64,000 nucleotides of DNA from positions 128,962,001-129,026,000 of the forward strand of contig CM059431.1 in the NCBI GenBank assembly GCA_030390025.1, in the 5' to 3' direction. Positions 1-12,354 of this stretch are shown one piece after another. The stretch comes from Squalus acanthias. Taxonomy: Eukaryota. The notes under the pieces were generated by a model, which saw only the letters and a list, made by a program, of their open reading frames with translations, was not told where the DNA came from and did no database searches. A program made the translations under genes and the position numbers. Position 1 is the first letter of the stretch. Every line of letters starts with the position of its first letter.

Positions 1-1637
1 TACACTCCTTCCTCCAGTGACCATCCTTCCCACACCCATAACAGTTAAGCTTTGTGCTGGAAGGGTTATTCCCCTCCTGATGCCACTCCTTCCTACTCTG
101 GCCGGGTTTTATCTCATGTACTTTCCCTTTTTGTGGGGGCTCTTCCGCCCCTCTCCCGTTCCGGTAGGCCAGGTTCAGCTGTCTGACCACTGCCTCTTCG
201 GTGCCCCGGGGGTCTTTCGGGTCAAACCAAAGCTCAGCCTGGGTTTTGATCCAAGGCAAGCTGTTTGCCACTAGGCTACGGAGCCAGTGGGCCAGCTCGT
301 CCCGGTTTATGTGAGCCCTATTAAGATCCCCACCACAAGCACCCCTGTACACGGGCCACAGCCTGTCTGCAAAAGCCTGTGGGGTCTCTCCTGCGAGCTG
401 CACTGTTTTCTCCACCCGGGAGAAAGGACTTTCCTCATTCATCCCCATTGCCTCTAAAACTTCCTCAGTGTTGGCCGCATACCCATTCTGTCCTCTCTTG
501 CTCTCAGCAGAGAGAGACTGATATAACCGGCTGTCCAGTGAGAACAGGAGCATTTTTGCCATCTCGGCATCGTCACAGCCGTTAATGCTTGCTGCCTGTT
601 CTATCTCTATGAAGTGAACTGAGGGGTCCCCTTGTTGGGTGAGTTTACTCAGGTGGCTTACCATAACCCTAAGCTGTTGTGTACCGTGGGGAGCCACGAA
701 CTGGCTTTGGAGGGGTCCCGCCTCCCCGTTATCAGCGGGTGGGCCAAATCTGTCCTGCCGGGCCGGGCACATCGGCCCCGGTCCCAGCCTCTCTTGCGGG
801 GTTTTTTTCCACCTCAGCTTCTGCCCCTAACTCCACCCCTTCTTCTTGCCAGACTGCGCTAAAGCTTGGCGCTATGGGTGGTGGTTGTGGGCCCTCCCGC
901 TCCTCAACCGGGTCGTCCCTTGGCGCTATCTTTGGTGTCTGAACCGTTCTCCCCAGGTTCCCTGTAAAGTCGACCTGGGCTGCACTTGGGCTTATGAGGC
1001 ACACCACGCCTCTTGCCTTCCTTAGAGCAAGGCTGAGACTCTCTATCTGCTTCTGGCAGGGGCCGTGGTCCGCACCCTCAAACCCCTGTGCGCTCATTAC
1101 CTTATAGGCTGCCTGTAAGCCTTTTACTGTCTCCTCCTGCTCTCTTACTTGTTTTGCCAGGCGGGCATTCTTTTCCCGCAACCTCAGCTCATTGTTCTTG
1201 GCCTCAGTGACCTGGCACTGTAAGTAATCCTGTCGGGTCTTGTGTTCCCCCACTAACTGCACCCTTTCCTGGTTTAGTGCCTGCAATGCTAACAGTAACT
1301 TCTCCCCTGCTAGGGCCTTCGTTTGGACTTCCAGGGCCGACTCCCGAATCTCGGCTGCCTGTGCTTCAACGAGTCTGTCCAAAAGTTGAATCTGTTTCTT
1401 GAAGCACATCAGCCAGACTGCCTTTTCTAAGGATTTTTTATGATCCTTCCCTTCTGTCCATTTAGCTGCTGCATCTACCGGGCGCCCAGTTTTTAATAGA
1501 TTAGTGACCCACTTCTTTTCCATATTCACTTTGCTGAATACATAATCTGAAATCCTCTCTTCCATTACAGTTCTCTCTTCTGAATCAGTGTCTACTGCTT
1601 CACAACCCTTTTGCCAAGTCTTTGCCACGGTCGCCAT
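1..1637 (-). CDS. gag: Gag polyprotein (coiled-coil N-terminus, capsid MHR, CCHC zinc knuckle) with one frameshift near 800
   Basis: ORF 1637-732, then a second frame read by hand from ~800 containing VQLAGETPQAFADRL (MHR-like). The knuckle CYGCGKDGHWRKEC (CX2CX4HX4C) at ~43-2 is in that same frame. Confidence 0.85.
1621..1636 (-). promoter_or_regulatory. Primer-binding site overlapping the gag start codon
   Basis: TGGCGACCGTGGCAAA lies 3 nt after the LTR-terminal CA. TGG is complementary to tRNA CCA, and the ATG is at 1637-1635. Confidence 0.7.
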
Positions 1638-1843
1638 TTTGTAAGGGTGTGGGTTGTGATAAGAGTCAGCCTTTCCCCTGACTCAGTGAGCGGTTCGAAT
1701 CGCTCCCACGCCCCAGGTTCAAAACTTGGACTTATTTAGGGGTTGTGAATAAAGATGCAGTAGACAACAGGTTCCGATTAAAGAATTATAACTTTTATTA
1801 AAGTTAAAAGGTAACAAACTTAAACACACTTCACACTTAAACA

Positions 1844-2352
1844 GGTTGGTTCTCTCACCACCTGCTGCAGGCCCAGACTGGCAGCTATGTCCTTCAGGAC
1901 TCGGCCAGGTCGGTCAGTAGTGTTGCTACCGAGCCAACCTTGGTGATGGACATTGAAGCTCTCCACCCAGAGTAAATTCTGTGCCCTTGCTACCCTCAGT
2001 GCTTCTTCCAAGTGGTGTTCAACATGGAGGAGAACTGATTCATCAGCTGAAGGAGGGCGGTAGGTGGTAATCAGCAGGAGGGTCCTTGCCCATGCTTGAC
2101 CTGAAGCCATGAGACTTCATGGGGTCCGGAGTCAATGTTGAGGACTCCCGGGGCCACTCCCTCCCTACTGTATACCACTGTGCCGCCCCCCCTGGTGGGT
2201 CTGTCCTGCCGGTTGGACAGGACATACCCAGGGATGGTGATGGAGGAATCTGGGACATTGGCTGAAAGGTATGATTCTGTGAGTATGACTATGTCAGACT
2301 GTTGCTTGACTAGTCTGTGCGACAGCTCTCCCATTTTTGACACAAGTCCCCA
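1844..2352 (-). mobile_element. LINE fragment, AP endonuclease region (same family as 31085-33960)
   Basis: DIVILTESYL...PGYVLSNRQDRPTRGGGTVVY and TTYRPPS motifs; clearly similar to 33390-33890. Confidence 0.85.
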
Positions 2353-2829
2353 CAAGTCTTCCTTAAAGGACTGGAGGAAGCATTCCTGATCCTCCTGGCC
2401 CACAAGGAGCACTGGAAAAGCCACTTACCCTGTGGACTGCCGGGTTTCCTGACCGCTGGGAAACCTGCGCAATAGCCGTGAATTTTAAATTGGGCTCCCA
2501 ATTGGTCTGTGGGAGCCCGATTTGAATATGTTAATGAAGTTTCCTGCCTCTACATGGCAGCACATTTGGATGCCATGATATCTACCGCCGTAGAATAGGG
2601 GGTGGACGTGTGTGCGGCGTGTTGGCGACGCATTCCGCATATATACATCTTTAACCAACCCCCCTCCCCGACCCTCTCCCGCCTGTCATGGGCGGGGGAG
2701 GGGGTTACTATTGAGGCCGTTAACGTTAAGGCAATCATTCTTTGAGCCAGAAAGTTAAGACCCTGGATGGCTCCTGGGAGATCAGAGCTGTCATTTACAG
2801 CCATGGCTCGAGATATATGTGCGGTTTTC

Positions 2830-3060
2830 AAGGCACAAACTGAGCATCAGCACAATCAGATCCATTCATGCAACCGAGTAAGAATTAAGTACATCACTGA
2901 CATGTTGAAGACACACTTCTGGTCCTGCATCAATCTGGAGCCATCCTGCTATTTATTCTGGCAAGCCCATGGATTGTGGCTGTGTGCTGCATGCTGCACA
3001 CCTTTGCTGTTCAGGGAGGACCTGAAAGAGGAGAATCTCCAATGGACAGCACGGTGTTCA
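2830..3060 (+). pseudogene. Harbinger (HARBI1-like) transposase C-terminal remnant
   Basis: RVRIKYITDMLKTHF and VAVCCMLHTFAVQ resemble the TRxxIExxxGxLKxRF and VCCxLHN motifs. Confidence 0.6.
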
Positions 3061-4155
3061 GCAAGAGGAGCAGCACCAGCCTGAAGAGGATGCAGAGCTC
3101 AAGCTGTTGTCAGCTGCAACAAACATTTGTGCCACTTACAGGCCAAATCTTGACTTTCACATCTGACCACTGCATTAACAGGACGATATACAGCTTCTCC
3201 CTTAACTTCACAAAGATGCCATTATTTGCAGACCCTTCTTTGTGCACAACAACTCACCACGCTGCCATTCGTGCAACTTGATTGAGGGCAGTGGTGACCT
3301 TCACTGCTACTGGCCTTCCATGCCTGCAGGAAAACATGGATGGTGTTGCGTATGGAGCATGCAATTCAGCTTTGTTACAACCTCTTGACTGAAGCATCAA
3401 TGCGCATCAGAATATTAAAATCAGTATCTCAACAAGCTTTTGGCAAGACTGTTGAGCAATAACCTCACACTCAACCAGAAGTGATTGGCAGCATGAAATG
3501 GGCAGAGAATCGGCATTGGAATGCCTGCCGAGACCCCAACACTGACTTTTAGACATTACTGTTGGTAGAAAGCAATGGAAGATTTCCCCTATTATGTCTG
3601 AACAATTCTTTTACGCCTGTAGCTGGACGATTTGGTGGAAAAATGGCAGAGAATTTTTTTTTCTAAAAGCATTTTGAGTGATTTGATTGGCTGCGCTGAT
3701 GCTCTTTTATTGGTAGACTTTGCAGGTTAGCGATTATTGTTTTCTTCTTATAGAAAATGCTGAGTATTTCCAAGCTGGTTTTTTTAATTCAAATTTTTAT
3801 TGGTAAGTTGCAAATCTCTTGAATTGTGATTTATTAATGTTTTATGAATACAAAATTTGATTGAATAAAATGTACTTGTAATACAGCAGGTAATTAAGAA
3901 AGTTCTGTGAAATCCTTATTTTACAACTGTTTTGCTTTTATTTTTGTCCCTTCGCCCACTCTACAGAGACCACTAATGAATTTTATTTGGGGATATCCTT
4001 TTATCTGTGTTTCTTGGCTAAGAACAGGAGAAAGTCAAGCTGGTCAGTTATGACAGGAGGTGTAAGGCACCCATCCTGGTAGCTCCACTCCAAAGTATAC
4101 AGACTAAGAAACTCCTATTTTCACATGTCCTAGGAGAAGTGCTTGAAAAGATGAT

Positions 4156-4917
4156 GGCCCAAAAATTCGGCTGAATACGGGAGAGTACGAACTGTGCACT
4201 CTTGCGTATTTAGTCCCGAAGTGCCGGTTTTCTGCATGCACTGCGCATGCGCGGGAAACCGGCACTTCCGGTATTGTGAAGGGGGCGGTTCCTAGGTGAA
4301 CCGCGTGCGCACTACAGGCTGTGCGCACGCAGCACACTTAGGTTTTTTTTCAGGTTAGAACGCGAAGGTAAGTGTTGAAGATTTTACACACGAAGAAAGG
4401 AGGCGTAAGACCCCCTTTTAACAAAGTAAGTAGTTAATTAAGTATTATTTTAATTTTTTTTCAACAGGTTTATCTTTTTTAGAGACTTTAAAGAAAGGTA
4501 AGTTTATTTTTATAACTTTTAAAAAGAATTTACATTTTTTCAAAAATTTAAATTTTTGTTTAAAGTGGTTAATTTATTTAACTATAGTTATTTTATTAAT
4601 GTGATGGTTTTTAAAAATTTATTTGAGGTTTAGCTGTTCTTTTGGGGGCAATTTGTATTCATAGTTTTGACAGTTCTCCTGTCAAAGCTATGAATGAAAG
4701 ATGGTGTGCTGCCATTGGCTCTCCATGTCCCACGTGATCCCAGAGGTCGCATCGAACTAACTGCGCCTCTGGGACACGCACACACTGCGCGCCGGCACCA
4801 GGGAGAGGCCCAGGAGCTGAAGTTCGTGTGGGCCCGAAACACAACGGCCGGCGCGGAGTGTGATATCGCGGGGGATCCTTACCCCCGCGGCAAGACTCCG
4901 AGTCAAATTTCTGGGCC
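4156..4917. mobile_element. Non-autonomous Harbinger-type MITE, family A
   Basis: TIRs GGCCCAAAAATT...AATTTCTGGGCC with 3-bp TSD GAT. GC-rich arms flank an AT-rich core. Related to 15229-15998 and 37080-38740. Confidence 0.75.
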
Positions 4918-6899
4918 GATATTTCACAAGGCAAGCCCTCAATGAGAGGTAACTTGTGCTGCAGCCCACCTCCACAGTAGGCACTGCACTGCCAGGGACT
5001 GAAAGTTACCACCATCCTCAATTTTTATTCATCTAGGCTTATTCCAGTCTTTTTCAGGTCACCATTACAAGTTTTGGGTCTGCCTTAGATACAACAGTGC
5101 TGGTAACTCCTGTAAGTAGTTTGAGCATCTTACATTCAAGAGTGTACCCCTACTGCTCAATTCCTAATGATATAATTGCACAACCGAGAAATGCAACTAT
5201 TAGACCCATTAGCAATTTGTCATCATTCTTTAATATTCACATATATTCACACTCATTGTGATGAGGATGATTCTATTAATGTGGGCGCAGCCTAAGGGAG
5301 GGGATAGTCTGTTTGGTTGATAGGCCTGCTGGCAAATCCATGCACAGACACAATCCCTCTACTTGTGATTTAAACTGGATCTAGTGGTGGGAATTTTAAT
5401 TCCTGGGTGGGAAGGTGGCCTAGTGAGAGGCTGACACATCTGGGAGCAGTAGCGGGAGGCCCAGACAATTTTAATGGCATGGCCTCATTAACATGCGGCT
5501 GGCCGACTTCCTGACCTAAATGATCGGGGAGTCGGCGGGAAGTGGCGGAAAGTCGGGTGGCACAGAGGCCGCTTGCTGCGCCCAAGTTAAGTGCGAGTAT
5601 GGGAGTGGATTGGGGTTCCAAGGTAGTCAGCAATTTGGGACGGGGGCGCAGGAGGGGAGGCCTAAACTTCACATAGTGCTCACAGGAGCCAAGTCTCCAG
5701 GATGGTGGTGGTGTACTGCATGGTGGATGAATGGTCTGAATCAAATTGCTGAAGCCCGAAGAGATACTTTTCTCTACCCCCAGTCTGGAAGAGATAGCCC
5801 TCTTCAATCTGGCACCCTAGACTTCTATGGTAGTAGTCTGAGCATCCATTGATCAAGCACAGACTGCTCTATGTTCTAGGGTATCGCTAGGAGGTGCCAT
5901 CTGTAGATCTGCCTGGATCCTCTACGTGCTTCAGAGTGGCCTGCAGTGCTGGGAAGCCATCAGTCATAGTGTACACTCCACCTGATTTACACTGTCATGG
6001 CACCTTACTTACTCAAGTAGCAGCCTGGGTACATCCACTCAGGACAAGGACATTATTGAGACAGAAGGGAAATCACTGGGAGAATCACAGAGCAGTTCAA
6101 GGATATGGCTCACCCGCACCTTCACAGGGTAACTAGGGATGGCCATTAAAAGTGCGCTTGCCTGTGTCACCCACACCACAAGAATACTTAGAAAGCACAG
6201 TGATCAGGAGGAGCTGGAAGGGAATGATATGGAAACAGCCATCTCTCCTTGGAGGGGGCAGAAACAGGTGACCTTGGCTGAGGAACCCAAGGACCAAGAT
6301 CTTAGGGGCCCAGTCTGTAAAAGGTCTTTGATTCAGAAGCATAGATCTTATGTCCAGGGAATAGAGACAGTCTCCTCTCATATGGTGCAGATGGTGGAAA
6401 ATTTGGAGGAGTCAACAACTTGCATCTGTAATGCAATGCAATAGTATGGCATGACGTGAACATCATGGTGACTGTAGCAGTTGAGATCAATGCAGCCTCA
6501 AGATGTCAGAAAGAGGTATCTTAATTCTGCCCTTAATTGCAACTATTTGTCTTGCTCTCACACAGACCATTAGCTTAAGTGAGCCCATTCCTAGCACCAG
6601 TGGGCTGCAAAGAGTGAGTACAGTTGTTGCTTATTCTCATGGCAATGATAGTGCACTTGCATCAATGCAGCTCATGCCAAAGGCAGAAAAAGGGAGAGCT
6701 TCTGGCCTATATCTGGTAGGCATTGGACACGCAAGTGATATAAAACAGAAAGCAGGTCTTTCAAGGACATTGGCTTCACTGAGATGAGTGCTACCTCAAT
6801 TCTCAAGGGCTCCATTGGTACAATTCCCCCACAAATCTCTCCTGATATTGAGGTAGTACCATGTAGGAATAAGAAGTTAGGATCATATGTAAAAATATT

Positions 6900-7660
6900 T
6901 TTAGGCACAAGGGGTAGTCACAGTGATTTGTAGGGCACAAGATATAAAGATAATTAAGATAGAAAAGGGGGAGATGATTGATAAACTAATCAAACATAGA
7001 GAGGATAAAAGCCCTGGTCCAGATGGATTGTATCTGCACATTTTCAAAGAAGTTAAGGAAGAGATAGCAGAAGCACTATTACATATAATACATATATATT
7101 CTTTAGAAAAGAGAATTGTGCCAGAGGACTGACAGACAGCAAATGTAATTCCTATATTTAAAAAGGGAGACAGAAGGAACTATAGAGCAGTGAGCTTAAC
7201 ATCAGTGGTAGGAAAGACAAGGGAATCCTTACTCAAAGATGTAATAGAAAAACATCTAGAAATCAAAAATATAATAAAGAATAGTCAGCACAGATTTCAA
7301 AATAGAAGGTCATGCTTTACCAACATTATTGAATTCTTTGAAGAAGTAACAGAAACTGTACACAAGGCTAATGCATTAGATGTAATATACTTGTATTTTC
7401 AAAAGGCTTCGATAAGGTACTGCATAGTGGAGTCATGACTAAGGTCAGAGCATGTAGAGTCAGGGAACAAGGAACAGAATAGATAGCAAGCTAGCTACAA
7501 AACAGAGAGTACGGGTTAAGCATAGTTACTCAAACTGGCAAAAGGTAGGAAGTGGTGTTCCACAAGGATCGGTGCTGGGACCAATGGTTGTTTACCATTT
7601 ACATAAAAGATTTAGACTCGGGAATATAAGTACAATTTCAAAATTTGCAAACGACACTTA
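6900..7660 (+). mobile_element. Degenerate CR1 LINE RT fragment
   Basis: DKSPGPDG, SLTSVVGK, SQHRF..RSCFTNIIEFFEEVT, GVPQGSVLGP and ISKFAND motifs, with frameshifts. Confidence 0.9.
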
Positions 7661-8249
7661 ATAACAACACAATGAGCTAGTGAAATCATGCCAAGCAGTA
7701 GAGGCATCTACCTGAAGTTCTCAGCTTTGGGGCTGAATTTTATTCCACCTACTATTCAATACTCTCAAAAATATAACATTTTACAGATGAAAAAATACCA
7801 ACTGCTAAAAATCAATGACTGTACAAACAATCTCCAGGAAAATTCTCAGGCAGCTCATCAAATGTTGACTCAGAATCACACAGCCCACTGAAATCTGCCG
7901 CCTCGTCTCCTTCTGTAGCTGTCATCCTTCTGGCCTTTGAAGTGCCTCCAGTAAATATAATGAAATCCTTGGTGGGTTTTCTGTCTTTTTAGCCAAAATG
8001 TTCTCTTACGGAACGAAGGTTAATCATACCATAACTGAATTGAAGACAGACATGACTAATTTACAAATCTAGATGGAAAAAAAGGAGTTTTGCAATGAAA
8101 TGACTGAAGGCTTCATCTGTGAGTACGAGGCCCTATCTCTATGGAGGAGGTAAATTAGAATAGTTCCTGTGCAAATGAATTCTGACTGAGCAAACCATTG
8201 AGCTAAGTCATCAACTGTTTTGCAGCAGTGCCCTGGATCTTAAAAAATC

Positions 8250-10090
8250 CACCTGTTTTTGGGTGGTTCAGAGGCTTCAATGACACCTCCCTGGATATAT
8301 TGCTGGGGGCTATAAGGGGATACTCTTCCCTACTGACAGGAGGAAGAAGTCTGCAGGTGACACAAAGAAGGCATGGTTGGAGGTTGCCAAGGAGGTCAGC
8401 AGCAGGAGCATGGTGCCACACGCCTGGTTTCAATGCAGAAAGTGGTTTAATAACCTAAGCAGGGCAGGAAAGGGGAACATAAGTGTCACATTCACCTACA
8501 TCCTGATGTGCATATCACCCTAACCCCCTCACTCTGCCTTCTCAAGCCTACTCCAGCACATCACTCCTCACACCAACTTACCTTGCAGGTGCATCCATCC
8601 CTCTCTGTCTATGCACTTACTCACATCCTCATCTATCCATCCACCACTGACACTCGCACTCATACTTATTCAATGTCCCTCATAGTCAGCCTCAACAAAT
8701 GCTCTCCATCCATCGAGTGAACACATGCCATTATTTTCACTCAAAGGTATTTTCTTTCCCTCCTTGCAGGAGAAGAGAGCTGAGAACACCAGGGAGAGGC
8801 AGAGAACCGGCGGTGGGCCCTCTAGCCATCTCTCAATTGACATCTGCAAAGGAAGAGGCGCTGGAGATCAGCAGAGTCTGGGCGTGCCTGGCCATCAGAG
8901 ATGGGGAGATGGGGTCCTGCCAGCTACCTGGTGACAAAATTAAATATCAGCCAGCTACATGGCATACAACACTCAGTCACGTTGACTTGATGTCAACAGA
9001 CACTGACATATAATCATGTACATAATGATAACTTCAAGCATTCTTATCTTGACAGTACTCATTCATGTCTTTTATCTCCCACAGAGCCTTCACATGTCCA
9101 GCAGGAGATGGTCCGGGTCGTCCATGACAATGACAACTCCTTAGAGGAGCACACTCCCTCTGAGGGTGCAGCATCACAGGATTCATGCAGAGCGTGCTCC
9201 AGTGCAGATACTCGCACTTCGGTGGGAGAACCCAGAGAGATGGTTGCATTTTCACATGGTAACTCGCACCTCACAAATGAGCAAGAGCAAATGGTAGAGT
9301 CAGGGACATCAGTGGAGAGTCCACATTGGAGGGCTCTACTCAGCTGGATGCAGAGGCTGTACCTCATCAAAGAACGGGATACTTCTTGAGCAGCAGCAGA
9401 GAATGTGCGATGTACTGGCAGGCAGTCCAGCCGCACTGTGCATAATTGCAGGAGATTGGAGGAGTTTGTCTCAAGCATGAGTGGCATAATGTTGCAGGCC
9501 TTTGCAATGATGTCTTCGTCCATGAAAAGTGTGGCCAACTGCATGGAGTATCAAAAGTGGCAATCACACGAGTGCATGCAGACTTTTAACAATGGCTTTC
9601 ACACTATGAATTCCACCTTAACAGGATGACTGATACCCTAGCCTTGGCCTTTCATCGCCTCACTGATCTGCAGCCAAGTGTTCTCCAGCACATTGCTAGC
9701 AGGTTACTGCAGCTGGACCATGAGAGAGATGATGGTGAAAGGGGACATAGAAGTGGGGACTTGGCTCAAAACGCTTCCACTTCTCACCCATTGCACTCCA
9801 CCCCTCAGTCAGTACCCCACATGCTGCCTTATACCCCGATGACAGAGTCTGCCACTGCACAGCTCCATGTGGAACCGTCTTTGGTGGGATCCTCATGGGC
9901 TCCAAAACCCAGAGGACATCGACCAAGAGCATCTCAGCAGTCAGAGCAGGAATCTGAGCAGCCTCTACCTCTGCTGAAGTCACAAGGGTTGCACCACATA
10001 GAAGTGCTAGGAAAAGGAAGAGTAAAGATTTGTAGTTGCACGAGGGTATGCACATGGGAGTGCTATACACAGTTAGAATGTTAGGTTTCT
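8250..10090 (+). pseudogene. Intron-containing Myb/SANT-like gene of a Harbinger transposon (3 exons, degenerate)
   Basis: Exon 1 AWLEVAKEVSSRS..WFQCRKWFNNL. Acceptor ccttgcag precedes EKRAENTRERQRTGGG (8771-8930), then a GT..AG intron to ~9084 and a long low-complexity exon 3. Confidence 0.7.
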
Positions 10091-11072
10091 GTTTTATATT
10101 TGACCCAGGAATTGCAGAGCTTCCGCCTCATGCCTCCTAAGCTGCTTTATGCTGACCATTCCTCCACCCATGGTACTCCTTTGCCTCTGGCTGTGAGCAT
10201 GGTTCTCCTTTGCAAAAAAAGCAGAGATTTAAACATAGATCCAATTAATTCCTAATGGGGTTAAATTTCCACAAGGGCTCTCCGTACCTTTGGCGGAAGA
10301 GCAGTGGAAACGCTGGAAAAATGGCTCTGGGTGCCAAAGAGGCTTTGTCTTGTGGCCCTTATCTCTGCCAGGGTTAACGCAACGATCATCTCAGATTCTT
10401 GGGTAGTTGGTCATTGTAGACACAATCTCCCCAGATGGCGTTTCTCCTTCTGCCATCACATTTCACTATTCAAATGCAGTTCCAGCTCTCTCTGTCTCTC
10501 TCCTCTCCGTCTGAGTGACCTGCTGGTGTTTGTGGCCATTTCAAGTGCAGCAGCAGCAGCAGCAGCCTTTAACTGCTCTCCGATTTCTCTCCCTCCCAGG
10601 GTTGGAGCAAGATTCTCACTGAATCCTGCATGTTAAATGAGGTCCCCCAAGGGAAATTACATGAGGTTAAAGTCCTGCCCCACCTGCCATTTTAATGATG
10701 ATGTTAAGAAACTCCAGGCCTTATAACTTATGGCCTGGAAATTCTAGCATAAGTATGGTGGAGCAGAACTCTTGCCTTGTCCAAGGCCAAGACACCACCC
10801 CAAATTCTGGAAATATGTCAATTTTCATAACCAGAGCCGGTGCTGGTGCATGCAAGGGTGCCTCAGAAGTGGCCTAAGCCAATCACTAATTGCAGCGAAT
10901 CCTCCCGAGGTTCAAATGGGCCAAAGAAATGGTTTATTTTTCAGATCCCACAGAAGCCACTCCAACAACAGAAGGTAATCAATCTCCTCCGGGATCAAGT
11001 ACCTTACTGTATTGACAGTTTGGGGCCCTTAGAAAGCCACAAAGTAACTCACCCCAGGTCTCAATTAGTGTG

Positions 11073-11430
11073 CATGATGTGGAGATGCCGGCGTTGGACT
11101 GGGGTGGACAAAAATGAGAAGTCGCACAACACCAGGTTATAGTCCAACAGATTTATTTAATTTTACAAGCTTTCGGAGCTGTTCGCTCCTTCCTCAGGTA
11201 GGTTGGCAGTGAGAGAATCTCCCAGAATTCACAATTTAAACATCTTGGCTGTGCTCTTAGTGTGTCTTTGATGTCGGGAAAGATTTGAATAGATTTTGTC
11301 TGTGTTTAAATTGTGAATTCTGGGAGATTCTCTCACTGCTAACCTACCTGAGGAAGGAGCGAACAGCTCCGAAAGCTTGTAAAATTAAATAAATCTGTTG
11401 GACTATAACCTGGTGTTGTGCGACTTCTCA
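11073..11430. mobile_element. Penelope-like fold-back insertion (inverted pseudo-LTRs) with hammerhead motifs
   Basis: 128-bp inverted arms 11115-11242 and 11303-11430. TSD TCTCAATTAGTGTG at 11059-11072 and 11426-11439. Same termini as 26274-27190. Confidence 0.85.
11345..11382 (+). ncRNA. Minimal type I hammerhead ribozyme (mirror copy on the minus strand at ~11165-11201)
   Basis: tac-CTGAGGA-a-ggagc..gctcc-GAAA-gctt-gta: catalytic core, stem II and palindromic AAGCTT stem III. Confidence 0.75.
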
Positions 11431-12354
11431 ATTAGTGTGGTTTCCACTGAGGTCTTTCAAGGACATAATTGAAACAATTTTCAGAGAAAACACAGGCGCT
11501 CCCCTTATACGCCATCTTAATGTTGGGGGTGGGGGGGGGCGCGCGGAGTTGGGCAAGGATTGACCCATGTTTCCCTGACAGGAGTGTAAAAATCCAGTGC
11601 TAATCGGGCCAAATCCCAGCATGGCTGGTTTCTGATCCATACTTTGGGCCTCCTAACTGGGCATAAATGTGACTTAGGCCCTCTCCAGTCCCAGGAATTT
11701 TGGGGTATATGTCTCTCAATCAAACTCTTCTACCTGCTCCCTGCCTTTCCCTCAGATCACTACTGGTACAACTTTTTCCCCACTTCGCACTCATGCTTTT
11801 TCGGTGAAAGAAGCAAATGGAGGAAAATATAATCCATGGGAAAATATTGGCCTAGAAATTAGTCCACACAGCGCCCATTTTGCGGCCACTACCCGGAGTA
11901 CTAAGGCCCCAATATGGCGGGCAGGAAGCGTGCACACATTTCTGGCCTGCATTGCAGCACATGCCATATTGGGTAACGATAAAAAATATGCACCCTGTAC
12001 CCACGCCTGAAACAGGCATTAGGACCTTTGCATATGCACATAAGGGTCAACGCTTGTTTGAGGCCACATCTCCAAGATTGGTTTGTCCTGAGGATAAGAC
12101 TGGTTTGTCCTGCACTCAAGGAAACCAGGCCCAATCAAGAAGGTAAGTAACTTCCCTAAATATGGAGGCAGGAGGAGCAGGAATCCCCCTCCCAATCCCA
12201 CATTAAAGGAACCGTTGCTCCCGGCTCCGACCTCCAATTACCCCCACTTCCGGCCCCGACCCCCAATCTCATGGCCTGACCCCCGGTCTCCCCTGCTCGG
12301 TGTTTGTGAGTGACAAGAAGAAATTGTGCCTTTGAAGAACTGAAAAGTAAAACA

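Larger units (their letters stand above)
1..1843 (-). mobile_element. 5' part of a Gypsy-like LTR retroelement (LTR, PBS, gag), continuing beyond the window start
   Basis: Minus strand: segment 1843-1640 starts TGT, contains AATAAA and ends CCCTTACA. It is followed by AAA, the PBS-like TGGCGACCGTGGC and a gag frame. Confidence 0.85.

Noticed and set aside
1645..1715. Bona fide tRNA gene in the LTR
   Set aside because: No proper D arm or A box and no 7-nt anticodon loop; reported only as a tRNA-like fold.
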